From NCBI RefSeq assembly GCF_964194025.1, contig NC_134472.1:20336001-20400000 (forward strand): DNA of 64,000 bases, read 5' to 3'. Below the pieces are notes generated by a model. It saw only the letters and a list, made by a program, of their open reading frames with translations, did no database searches and was not told the origin of the DNA. Made by a program: the position numbers and the translations under genes. This DNA is from Convolutriloba macropyga (Eukaryota). Shown here piece by piece: positions 42,186 through 54,655 of the stretch. The first letter of the stretch is position 1; the number at the start of each line of letters is the position of its first letter.

Positions 42186-42537
42186 AACCAATTTTCTCAT
42201 AATATTTTATCAGATTTTCGGTAATAGTTTCATATCGAATCCGACGTCTGCTGAGCCATAGCCCGCGAGGAAAGGTAAGCTGATTATACTGCAAATGTTA
42301 AAAAAACGTTAAAAAATGTTAAAATTATATAAAGTATCGAAATAATGGTGAAATAACGGGGTTAAAATAGTAGGGATTGAATAAAAAATTATTATTTTGA
42401 TACTTTATATAATTAGTTTTTTTAACATTTGTAGTATAATCAGCTTACCATTCCTCGCGGGCCATGGCTCAGCAGACGTCGGATTCGATATGAAACTATA
42501 ACCGAAAATCTGTTAAAATATTATGAGAAACATGGTT
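42186..42537. repeat. Foldback palindrome just 3' of gene B
   Basis: Long inverted arms (..GAATCCGACGTCTGCTGAGCC.. / ..GGCTCAGCAGACGTCGGATTC..); inner right arm partly deleted. Confidence 0.9.
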
Positions 42538-44965
42538 GTAATGCGAATTCTAATCTGACGGGTGAAATGATAGACGGGTGAAATCATATGGTGTTAAGAT
42601 ATGCGGGGTTAAGCTAATCGGGTGTGAAAAGAAGTAAAATGGTGCGAAACACCCCATGGTTACTGGTTACTGACTTGCAAAAGTGAAAAAGTTTGTACTA
42701 ACTTTTCAGTAACAAGAAAGTTTTTATTTGTCACCAAATTTGACTACTGAAGTCCAGACTTGAGAAATGGTACAAAAAATGACGAGAATTTCTGGGTCTT
42801 TCCAATAATAACTATCATATTATAGTATAAATAGATTAATTGTTAGAGTAATTCAAAGACAAGATAGAGTATTTCAATAAGGTATCAAGGAGTAACCATT
42901 GACAGCAAACTGAGTTTCTCAGAACAAACTAAAANNNNNNNNNNNNNNNNNNNNNNNNNNNNNNNNNNNNNNNNNNNNNNNNNNNNNNNNNNNNNNNNNN
43001 NNNNNNNNNNNNNNNNNNNNNNNNNNNNNNNNNNNNNNNNNNNNNNNNNNNNNNNNNNNNNNNNNNNNNNNNNNNNNNNNNNNNNNNNNNNNNNNNNNNN
43101 NNNNNNNNNNNNNNNNNNNNNNNNNNNNNNNNNNNNNNNNNNNNNNNNNNNNNNNNNNNNNNNNNNNNNNNNNNNNNNNNNNNNNNNNNNNNNNNNNNNN
43201 NNNNNNNNTAAGTGTGTGTTTGCATGTATTTACATATTTATATATTGCTGACCAACTCTCTCATAATATTGATTTGACAATTGTCAATTAATACAGTTTG
43301 GTTTCGGCGGTAAATTAAAATGGAAAAGTCTGACCTGAAGTAAGAAATCAAGACGTTCGAGGAAGTCAAATAAAAAGCCATTGATTGAAAGTTGAACCTT
43401 GAGTTTCATCATATAAAACTTCCTATAAATTTAGCAACAAATTCAAGAAACCAGTGAAAAAAATTATTCGCATTAATAATAATTAACCGTTCTAGAATCA
43501 TAGGATCAAATTAACCCCCTTCCGTCATAACTCAATAACAAGACAATCAAAGTCAGCTATACATCACAAACCACTGCAGGAAAACCGCAAAAAGCAAGAA
43601 AACCGATTTTTTGAACAGAAAGTCAATTAAAGCAAAAACTTTGGTTATTGTTTTTTTTTCAAATTGTCCTTGCATGGGTATTGCTCTGTGCGAGCAATTC
43701 ACGACTCGCAATTTTATTACGATAAACGGCCTTCAATTTTTGGATCTTATCCCTCTGTTAGTGAAAAGCAAAGCCAATGGTCCTCTTGACGTCGCAAACC
43801 ATGCATGTTTTACATATGACCTATTTTGCTTCGTTCGTACATTGGAATACATAAATTGAAAATAATATTCGATGTTTTGATTGTAACGGTTAACCATTAA
43901 CGATTTCTCAAAATTTCATTAATATTACATAACAACCGTCTTTGTTTTATATCGTTTTTTCTTGGGCATATTTTGCGTTGACATAAAAAGCTGAGCAAGG
44001 GTTTTATGAATAGATATAGAGGGGTATATTACTTGGATTAGAAAGATAAATCTGCAAATTTATACCATGGCTGATAGCATTTTGGATCGGATTTCGCTGA
44101 CGCTATTGTCTCTACCGCTTTGATGATTTATTTTTATAGGTTTCCCTAGAAGGTCCGATAAGCAGTAAAACCATTTGATAGAAAAAGATGTAAATTAAGC
44201 TATGAACTTTGGTAACTGTTTTATTTCTAATTGTCCATGGCGGGAGATTGCTGTGTGCAATCATGAGGCGACTCAAACTTTTATGGCAAAAACGGCCGTC
44301 AATTCTTTGATCGCGCACCTCTGTGGCCGAAAAGCACGACCAGCCGTCCTATTGTTGTCGCAAACCCTGCATGTCCCACAGATTGCCTATTTTAAAGATT
44401 GGAATACATAAGCTGAAATCATTAAGCGATGTCTTGATTGTAACGGGTAACGATGAATGATTTCTCAGAAATTACATTAATGTTACAAAACAATTGTCTT
44501 AGTTTTATGTCGTTTTACTTTTCCTTGGGCATACTTTGCGTTCATATAAAAAGCTGCGCAAGGGCATTATGAAAAAAACATGTGAGCAATATGAACCACA
44601 GGCTTGAAATACCCAACAATAAACTATTTTGGTAAGGTGTTTTTAATATTCTTAAATGTGCCAATTCATACAAACAACGGTATGTAATGCTACTTTTTTT
44701 TCTTTTCAATGCTCAGGTACACTGCTGAGATTTTTATATGATTGCGCTAAAGTAAAACGGATCTATTCGGTTTTGCCCCCCCCCCCCCCCGCAAATGTTT
44801 TTCATTACCCCCAGTTACGAATTATTTGTTGTTATATAGCTTGTTACTATGTAGGAAAATAGTGGTCTTTCCCATTGTAGCCCCCAAGTTTAGTGGTCAG
44901 ATAACCAATAGCCCCCCATAATGGGGTAGGATATAAATTCATGGGGGGCTTTAACCCAGGTTGCC

Positions 44966-45269
44966 CACCTTAGAAGAAACTTCTAAAAACTTACTACGAC
45001 TTATACGGTGCCGTAGAAAACTTACAATACTTTGTACGGCACTGTTTAAGGCCGTAATAAGTTTACTACGGCACCGTAGCCAACTGATGTAATTACCAAT
45101 TTGTAATTTCTAATTTCCTAAAATCGACTTTAAATCCATCGCTTATCTCATACAAGCCACTTTTTCTTCCTTTTATGGCACTGGGTATAAATTTTAAATC
45201 TCTGAAAATTACAAAACTTATTACGGTGCCGTATAAGGCCGTATCAAGTTTTGTAATTTTTCTAAGGTA
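44966..45269. mobile_element. Possible MITE
   Basis: Termini CACCTTAGAAGAAA / TTTTTCTAAGGTA with inverted TACGGCAC/GTGCCGTA motifs. Confidence 0.45.
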
Positions 45270-46373
45270 ATGTTTGCGAACTTTATTTTGCTCTGCATTT
45301 AGGCCTGATGGTCAAAAAAATTACCTCGAAACAGCTCGAAATTGCAAAAATCTGTTACGCCTCTTCTTAGGCCGTACCGAACTTTGGAAGTCTAATGATA
45401 TCTTTTGCAGTTCATGTCATTGATGAAGCAAAAAAAACATTCAGTTCTGAAAATCCATCAAAAGCGTCAAAACTGAGATTTTGTTCCAAAAGAAGACCAA
45501 TGCGTACCTATTATGACTCAAAAAAAGGATTAGCTGTAAAATGAAGTTCGAAAAAAAACTTTGCGGTTAAAGTGAATCAAATGAAATAAGAATTCTTTTT
45601 AGATGAAACTGTCAGTACCACTTACATAGCCGGTGAATAAATTCCTAATTACAAGCGCAGGGTTTATAAGAAAGAATAGAAAAATTAATGTGTTTGGTTT
45701 GCATTCTGTTCAATTAAATCTATTCTGGTTTCAGAAAAAAAATTTTATTCAAAATTTGGCTCAATTAAAAGTTCAATTTCGAACTTTTTTGAGCATTCAC
45801 AATTACAAAACCTCTCTTGCAGATTTCAAGTCAAATTACTTAAACTTATTACGAGAATGATATAAGAAGAATCATCAAAAGCGCAACAAAATATACATTT
45901 GATCGCTTTAAAAGAAGTAAATCAAGATTTTATATTTTTTCAATCTTCTCTATAGTTTTGGCATCTAAATGGCTAATCAACAGTGCAATTTCTGGCGGCT
46001 AAGCTGTCACTGCATGCAAAGTAATTTTTTTTGTCCTGAATTTTTTTTTGTCGAACGGTTATTCAAGATTGATTGATTCCTGAAAACAATGTCGAATCTC
46101 AGATTTTATTGGCTGAGGTGTGTTTTTTGTAACTTAACAGGTTTTTTTTGCGTGCAATTTGTGTTTCCAGACAATGATCAAGTCCCTTAAGCTAACAATA
46201 TCACTGGTTGCTGCTAATTCAGCGTTTTTTCACTTTCATGGTTTTGTCAAATTTCTGTGTATGTTGCTTTGTATCAAAATTGATAAAACGCCATAACCTT
46301 CATGGTGAAGATTGAAAGTTTTTTTCATCTCATCATGAAGAATTTACTTAATGAGAAACGGAAAAATGTTTTA

Positions 46374-48236
46374 TTTTATACTGCAAATGTTTAAAAATCA
46401 ATTATATAAAGGATCGAAGTAAAGGTGAAATAACGGGGTTAAAGTAGTAAGGGTTGAATAAATAATTATTTATTCAACCCCTACTATTTTAACCCCGTTA
46501 TTTCACCACTATTTAGATCCTTTATATAATTAATTTTAAACATTTGCAGTATAATCAGCTTACCTTTCCCCGCGGGCCATGACTCAGCGGACGTCGGATT
46601 CGATATGAAACTATATCCAAAAATCTGATAAAAAATTATGAGAAACATGGTTGTAATGCGACTGCTAATCTGACGGGTGAAATGATAGAGGGGTGAAATC
46701 ATATGGTGTTAAGATATGCGGGGGTAAGCTAATCGGGTTGAAAAGAAGTAAAACAGTGCGAACGGTGTGAAACGACCCATGGTTACTGGTTATTTGACTT
46801 GCAAAAGAGAAAACGTTTGTACTATTTTTTCAGTAACAAGAAAGTTTTTATTTGTCACCAAATTTGACTATTGAAGTCCAGATTTGAGGAATGAGTAAAA
46901 AATGACGAGAATTTCTGTGTCTTTCCCATAACAACTATTATATTATAATATAAACAGAGGTAGCTAGGAGTAACCATTGACAACAAACTGAGTTTCTCAG
47001 AACAAACCAAAAACGTTTAAAACAGCTATATGCAATTCTGTGATGTCTTTTTCGAGCTACAAAAACCTGCATGTTCTCAGTACATGTAATAGTGCTCTTG
47101 CAGGTGCAGTTATTGGTTATTTCGTTGTTAGTTGAATCATGTAAACTTTGATTTTTGTTAAAGGGTCCGATGAGCAGGAAAACCATTTGTTAGAAAAAGA
47201 TGTAAATTAAGCTATTAACTTTGGTTACTGTTTTATTTCTAATTGTCAATGGCGGGAGATTGCTGTGTGCAATCATGAGGCGACTCAAACTTTTATGGCA
47301 AAAAACGGCCGTCAATTCTTTGATCGCGCCCCTCTGTGGCCGAAAAGCACGACCAGCCGTCCTATTGTTGTCGCAAACCCTGCATGTCCCACAGATTGCC
47401 TATTTTAAAGATTGGAATACATAAGCTGAAATCATTATGCGATGTCTTGATTGTAACGGGTAACGATGAATGATTTCTCGGAAATTACATTAATGTTACA
47501 AAACAATTGTCTTAGTTTTATGTCGTTTTACTTTTCCTTGGGCATACTTTGCGTTCACATAAAAAGCTGCGCAAGGGCATTATGAATAGAAAATCTGAGC
47601 AATATGATTTACAGGCTTGAAATATCCAACAATAAACTATTTTGGTAAGGTGTTTTTAATATTCTTAAACGTGTCAATTCATACATACAACGGTACGTAA
47701 TGCTCTTTTTTTTCTTTTCAATGCTTAGGTACACTGCTGAGATTTTATATGATTGCGCTAAAGTAAATGGGATTTATTCGGTTTTGACCCCCAACTGTTT
47801 TTTATGACCCCCAGCTACGAATTATATGTTGTTATCTAGCTTGTTACTATGTAGGAAAATAGGGGTCTTTCCCATTCTAGCCCCCAACTTAGTGGTCAGA
47901 TAACCTATAGCCCCCCCCCCCCCCAATCATGGTAATTATACCATAATGGGGGGCTATAATTTCGTGGGGGGCTATAATGGGAAAGACCGAAAATAGCACG
48001 AGCGCCGGAGGGTCATAATATGTTTATGCTCACTAAGCTGGGGGGGGGGGAGGGCGAACCAGTAAATGCTTCATTTGAAGACCAACTCTATAAATAGGGC
48101 GGGGGAAAAGCAGTTAATTAGAAAATTTTGTTCAACATTTCGACTCACTAAATGGTTATTGATAAACTCCAGAAGTTCCTTCAAAAGAAGTCACGTTACC
48201 TATAAAGCTAAATTAATAGTTGGGATCTATTCTCTT
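46374..48236 (+). repeat. Extra copy of the B/C downstream flank
   Basis: Matches in blocks 42290-42930, 44150-44950 and 58965-61760; no exon 3 upstream of it. Confidence 0.8.
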
Positions 48237-49238
48237 NNNNNNNNNNNNNNNNNNNNNNNNNNNNNNNNNNNNNNNNNNNNNNNNNNNNNNNNNNNNNNNN
48301 NNNNNNNNNNNNNNNNNNNNNNNNNNNNNNNNNNNNNNNNNNNNNNNNNNNNNNNNNNNNNNNNNNNNNNNNNNNNNNNNNNNNNNNNNNNNNNNNNNNN
48401 NNNNNNNNNNNNNNNNNNNNNNNNNNNNNNNNNNNNACACGTTTATTACCTTTATATCATTTTAAGTAAAGCTATCATTATTTTGTGGATCTATTTAAAG
48501 GCGTTGGTCAAACAAGCCAATAGGCAGCCAATTTGTTAAATGAGGCCGAGTAAAGTTCGAGATGAAAAGGTCAAGATATAGTTATCATAAATTTTCTTAT
48601 GCGGCCTGGTGGACGCGCTTCCCCGCCTCGCTGTTTGCCGAGATAATTGGCTGATAATATCACCCCCCCCCCCCCCCCCCCCCACTTGACGGGAGGAGGG
48701 GGGAGGTTGCGACCGCGGATAGACATTCGATGCGCTATTTTGTTATTTTGTAAGTATTTTTTACAAAAAAATTGCCGGTAATGTAATGAGTTTCAGATCA
48801 ACCAATCAGAGCACGGGAAATATTCGGCTTTAGATCTCATTTTAAGGCATTCTGATCTACGCCCGTTCGGCTCTACCGGCTTCATCCGTGCTGCATCATT
48901 TGTCTGACGAAGAGGGGTCGAGGGGTCGAGAGGGTCTATGCAACCCTAGATTCTCTTCTTTTGATTAATTTTTAGTTGCGAGTCCTATGCGGTCAGAGCT
49001 GACTTTTGGACTTTCTGCCTGATTATATTTCTTTCTTCCTGAGCATATTTTGCTATCTTTTGTCACTAATCTCACCCCAATGTCAGGTGAACATGTCAAG
49101 TTTAATGACGTACTTGAAAATAGATTGCACTAAACTGTGAACCCTAATTTGTATTTGCTCAGAATTTTGTTTGCGCAAACAAAACATTGAGTTTGTTCAT
49201 TCTGAAACAATAAAAACAAACGCCACTTTCCTGTCAAA

Positions 49239-49488
49239 ATGAATATACTCACATTTTGTACTTTGCTTATTTTCTTTTTCGATTCCAGTTTATGTCGAAA
49301 TTTTAATACTAAATTATTCAAACCCGATTTTCGAAGGTCATTGCAACTGAATCTTGTTAATGGTTACGAATCAGAAAGGAGGCCATTTTACGTGCGTCTA
49401 GTGAAGCGGTGGACGAATGAGTTGATTTGTGGAGGTTCAATCATAAGTTACCGATTTGTATTAACTGCTGCTAAATGCTTAGAGAGCG
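49239..49488 (+). CDS. Gene C exon 1, secreted trypsin-like serine protease homolog; join(49239..49488,53432..53528,58251..58788), 294 aa
   Basis: Near-identical to gene B exon 1; TAAKC; GTTAGT donor. Confidence 0.9.
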
Positions 49489-50225
49489 GTTAGTTTCAAT
49501 AATTTATCGTCGTTTTTTGGCGTCGAGACGAATGTCGATATTACACAAAGAAGCTTCACCGCACTTTTGATAACGTACAAAAAATATTGTTACCATTTTT
49601 ACGTTATTTACCGGTATTTTGACGTTTTTTTAAACGTTTTTACCGGTAGTAACGTTTTTACCGGTATTTTTGTGAACAGATGCTCGAAGCCTTTTCGTTT
49701 TAAGGCAGCCTGGAGGTTTTTGACCAGTTCCGAACGTAGGAAGCTTTTACGAAAAGATCTGAAAAAACCTGCCGGATCCAAATCTTAGAAAAATGTTGTC
49801 AACAACAAAACTTCTAAACAACATTACAAAAATCTCATTGCGCTTTTAGTTTCCTATAAATTTACTTGTGGTATTAGAAAACATTATGATTGACACAAAT
49901 ATAGTTTATAATCTTGAATGCGCTTTTTGAATGTTGTAGTGAGTTGCAGACCACTATGTTGAACGAAAAAAAAAACATCGTGTGTTCTATTTTCTGACTG
50001 GCAGTTCAAATAATTTTTGATACACCAACTCATCGAGTTTTTCTTCAGTACTTTGAGAGCTCTCACAAATTAGAGGTAGCTTCAACCTCAACAAAACAAA
50101 ACAGAATCTTTCTACCACAACCGGGGCAAAAAATTAAGATAAAAAGATGATTTTCGTATTTTTTCGAAACTATAAAGCCTTTGCAAATACTTAAATACTT
50201 TAGTCAACAATTTAAAGGTCATTAA

Positions 50226-53142
50226 TTGTTCCGACCCTCTTGAGGGGGGAGGAACTATATACTCAAATGGGTTTTTTTTGTTCCGTGAATTTTCGCCGCT
50301 CGATATATTCATCGTACAGAGTTGAGACTGGTATCATTAGAAAGCTCGTCCAGCGTAGAATATGGAATTAAAAAGATTTTTTTAATTTCCGTTTTCTACA
50401 GGGAGTTATCGAGGTTTAAACTTCTTTGAAAAGAAGAGTGAATTCACGTTGTTTTTATTCACATTTTCCGGAATTTTTGCCTAAATTTTCGTCAATTTTG
50501 CTAAAATTTGTTATAATTTTTAAGAATAGTGTAGTTGATTTTATTTTTGAAGACGAACAAGCATTGTTGATTGTTTTGATTTAATTTTTTTTTTGCCGAA
50601 AAGTCTGGATAAACGTTTCAAAATTTAGCCTTTTTCATCAAAAACAGCACGAAATAAGCTACTTTAGTCCACTTTGATTAAATTTGCCGACAGTACACCC
50701 CCAAACAACACTCATACAATCTTTGTAGACTCAGAGGGGGGCTATTTCTACTTCAGAGTCCCCTGAGAGTGCCCTGAATTTAAAAATTTGCCGTTTTTTG
50801 CTAACTTTACTCGTTGATTATCAAAAATGCAGAATTTATTTTGAGTTTTTAACTAACAAATTATCTATATCTACAACATTCGAAAAATCAATTGTTCCTA
50901 ACTGACAATAAGTATTAGCAAGGCTAGTTTTGGGCCATTCTTGGTCTGTTACAATCCAAAAAAATCGGGTTGTAATCAGTCGGTCTTTTTTTAAAAGACC
51001 TGTATTCAAAAAATTTGCCGTTTTTTGCTAACTTTACTCGTTGATTATCAAAAATGCAGAATTTATTTTGAGTTTTCAACTCAAAAATTATCTATATCTA
51101 CAACATTCGAAAAATCAATTGTTCCTAACTGACAATAAGTATTAGCAAGGCTAGTTTTGGGCCATTCTTGGACTGTTACAATCCAAAAAAATCGGGTTGT
51201 AATCAGTCGGTCTTTTTTTTTTAAAAAAAGACTTTTTTTTAATAATAAAGAACAGAACATATCAAATCAAAGCTCAGGAGTGATAGGTCCAACCAATTCG
51301 CTTGCGAAACAGCTCCAGGCTAATTCATTTAGTTTTTTAATTGAAAGTTTATGGTGGTTTTTTTTAAAAATAATTGACTTTTCAATAAATAATGGCTTAT
51401 ATAACTTTTCCTCTATTTTTTTCTTAATTTGTTCAACTTCCAGCTTAGTGTCAGCAAAAAAAGACTGCTTCTTCTTTCTACTGAGTTAACATTTATTCTC
51501 GGTTGCAGTTTTAAGCCTGAAATTATTGTTTTCTGGCTTTGATACTACAAGATTTTAGATTTTTGTTTGTTTTGATATTTGCCAGTTTTTCATGTTTTCT
51601 AATTTTGTCACATTATCACATTATTGACAGTTCTCATGTCACCTTATTAGCATTCAAATTAAAACACAATTGAACATATTAAAATCTTGAAAGATATAAA
51701 TCATCGTTTTAATGGCCTCGACGCCTCTTTCTTGAAGAAATCAATTGAATTTTTTAATTTTGTCTTAACTGTCATTTATACTTTGTCGTTTCGGTCGTAT
51801 GAAATTTCCTGTTTAGTGATAGCTTTCATTGGCTTTTCATGGAAGAATAGAAAAACCGATATTCTGATATTAGCAGATAGCTGATGGCTTTTATGACTTT
51901 CAAACCCATCGTTTTCCAAAATTAAAAAATAATTTTTTAACTTCGCAATTTTGTTCTTTTTATGTTTCTTTTTTTTTACCTAATCTCGTTAGTTAATTAC
52001 AGGTCAAATATGACATTTTGGGCATAATGGGTGTCAAGGGAATAAAAGGGATTGGTGTCCCAAAATTTTTTTTTTACAGAATTTGTTATGACCTTACTGG
52101 CTTTGACACCGGTTTTTCACAAAGAAAAGTAAATTAATTTGATTTTTGTCATATTTGACTTTGACAATCTTTTTGTAGATGCAAAAAAAAATTCTGGATA
52201 ATTACAGGTCTCGAGGGCTTCTTTTTCATGAATAAACGACCCTATTTAAATAGCTCTTTTTGTAATTAATGTCTTTCATGACATTGAATGTAATTTTGTT
52301 TCGAAAAAAAATTAAATTTATTACATACTTTAGCACTTCGCTTTTTTGTCTACTTGTTACCTATTCTTACTAATGAATGGCCACGTACTACATTATAGCT
52401 GTTTGAAGAAGGCGCAATCAAACATATTTTGAGTGCCAAAATTTGGCTTAACGGTTTTGACAGCGTTTTCTGGCAAGTTTCAATTGAAATTTTGTTTGTT
52501 CTTTGTTGTTCTTTTTAGCCGCTTTAAAAAATGAATAAGGACAGGTCCTAATGCCCTTCTATAGAAGCAGTGGTAATCGTAAATTTGTGGTAATATTAAT
52601 TGATTCCTAATGGTATTTATTACTTTGAAGTTAACTGTTTCAAAAAAATAAGTTAATTTTTTTACTTTACTGTTTTTGTTCTTTTTTTGTATAATTGTTA
52701 CCAAACCTTTTTATGGACTGGTCGCATATGTTTTCTAATGATCTATAAGTTATTTTTGTTTAGTTTTAGGTTTATCTGACTGTATGTTGGCTTTGTTATT
52801 AAATTTAGTTTTTAAGAGGGACATAAATTTTTTGATGTAATTAATGTTTGTTGTTGTTGTTGTTTGATTTTGCTGTTCGTCTTGACTCGCTTTCTTAATA
52901 TTGACATATTACAGCAATCTAATGCATCAATTTTTACTCCACTGAGTTATTTGCTTTATAGGCTACCTTATCGTTCATACTGACTTTTTTGAAAAAGACT
53001 TGGGCTTTTTTGGGATTCGCAAAAAATAATTTTTGGGTTTTTCTATCTGTTCCTCATTTGGTAGACAATTATGCCAAAATTGTGGATGTGGATAGGCGGG
53101 GTCGGAACCTTATGTGCCATCGCACATTACCGAGCCGCCTTG
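50226..53142 (+). mobile_element. Helentron-associated non-autonomous element (HINE/DINE-1-like) in gene C intron 1
   Basis: 5' GTTCCGACCC with nearby partial IR GGAAC; 3' GGGTCGGAAC, ATGTGC-CATC-GCACAT hairpin, CCTTG; no TSD; empty site at ~35282 in gene B; internal ~227-bp duplication. Confidence 0.85.
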
Positions 53143-53431
53143 TCGGATTCTATCACGAAATTTCCGATTTCATTTAGGGTTACTTTGCTGTGTTCAGGTG
53201 TTGCGTTTAATTTTCCAATTAAACCCGGCTAAAGTGGCTCCAAATCCTGCCATACAGAAAAATATAAAACAAAAGGGAGTTATTAAAGAAACTATGCACG
53301 AGGTCTATGAAGGAGAGAGTTATATTTTTCCTCCTACTTGAGATTGAACATAAGACGTTACTTCCATTTTGTAGCGTAACCAATTTGGTTTTTGAAATCG
53401 TCTCATCAATTAACTTATGCTCTTATTTCAG

Positions 53432-53528
53432 TTGATTGCAAATCAATTCTGGTTGAAGTTGGTGATTTTAACGATAGACGGAGCCCAAAATACAGTCATG
53501 GAGTTTCACGAATTGTCACAGCTCCAAG
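53432..53528 (+). CDS. Gene C exon 2
   Basis: 97 nt, AG/GT boundaries, same peptide as gene B exon 2. Confidence 0.9.
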
Positions 53529-53716
53529 GTTAGTCACTTTTTAAGCTTTTTAAAGAAATTACTCTCATATTTCATATTTCATCGTTTTTCTGATCAGAAG
53601 AATAAAAAACTGAAACTTGAAAATTGAGCAACAGACAAAAAAGAGCAACGTTCGAAAACAGTCGCTTACTAATTCATGAACTGAATTGAAACTATTGCAC
53701 TGCTTACGTAAAAATC

Positions 53717-54370
53717 ATGGCCAAATTCGCGTTCGAATCTGAAATTTGTTCAATTACTGACAAAAAAATGCGAAACATTCTTACTTATTTCCATAAAAAA
53801 CTTATTGAAAAAGACGACCAAATAGTTTCTCTGACTAACCAAGTTACCGAACTGGAATCCAGAGTGATTCAATTGGAGCGGTATAGTTCCAAAGACACAA
53901 TTATTATAAATAACCCCCCTCTGCAACCTGGTAACGCCAACATAACAGATCAAATTCTATTTTTCTTTAACAAATGCTTGAATTATTCGATGTCTGCGGA
54001 CGCAATCAAAGCCTGTCATCCCTTGGGTATTTGGAAAGGTAACAACCCCCCCCCCCCCCCCCCCCCCGCGGTAATTGTCAAGTTTATTTACTTCAACGAT
54101 AAAATTGAATTATACAATCGTCGACCAATGCTCGCAAATTTTAGGAACCCACTAAATGGTAAACCCGTATATATGAAAGAACGTCTCCCCCAACATGATT
54201 TGGCTATTCAAAAGCGCGCTAACGAGCTGGATTTGGTCACCACGACCTACAACTGTAGAGTAAAACTGTTTTTAAAAACTGAGAATGGGAGTGTAACACA
54301 ACCTGTTGATAGTGTTAAAGCAGTTGAAGATCTTGAATCACGGGCAATCAAGAAAATATCTCCTAATTAA
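53717..54370 (+). CDS. LINE ORF1 protein (coiled coil followed by RRM-like region)
   Basis: 217-aa open frame, ELESRVIQLERYSSKDTIII, CHPL, VIVKF, YMKERL; lies upstream of ORF2. Confidence 0.8.
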   Translation: MAKFAFESEICSITDKKMRNILTYFHKKLIEKDDQIVSLTNQVTELESRVIQLERYSSKDTIIINNPPLQPGNANITDQILFFFNKCLNYSMSADAIKACHPLGIWKGNNPPPPPPPAVIVKFIYFNDKIELYNRRPMLANFRNPLNGKPVYMKERLPQHDLAIQKRANELDLVTTTYNCRVKLFLKTENGSVTQPVDSVKAVEDLESRAIKKISPN

Positions 54371-54655
54371 CGCAACCAAGCCAACAACTGGAATACTAAC
54401 CAATTGTCAACTCAGCGACGAAACAAACGACCTGGCGATGTAATTGAAATTGATAATTTTGACGATATTTATCATATGGGAGCAACACCAGCTGGAAAAA
54501 AACTTAATGACAACAATACTCCACCCAATAGATGATTGTTCAAACATTAAATAACGCGGCTTAAAAAACAGGCGCAGTGTACACTTCCTTTTCGACTTCG
54601 TGTTTTTGTAAAAGTTTTAATATCAAGTAATTGGACAATCATCTATTACTTGGAA

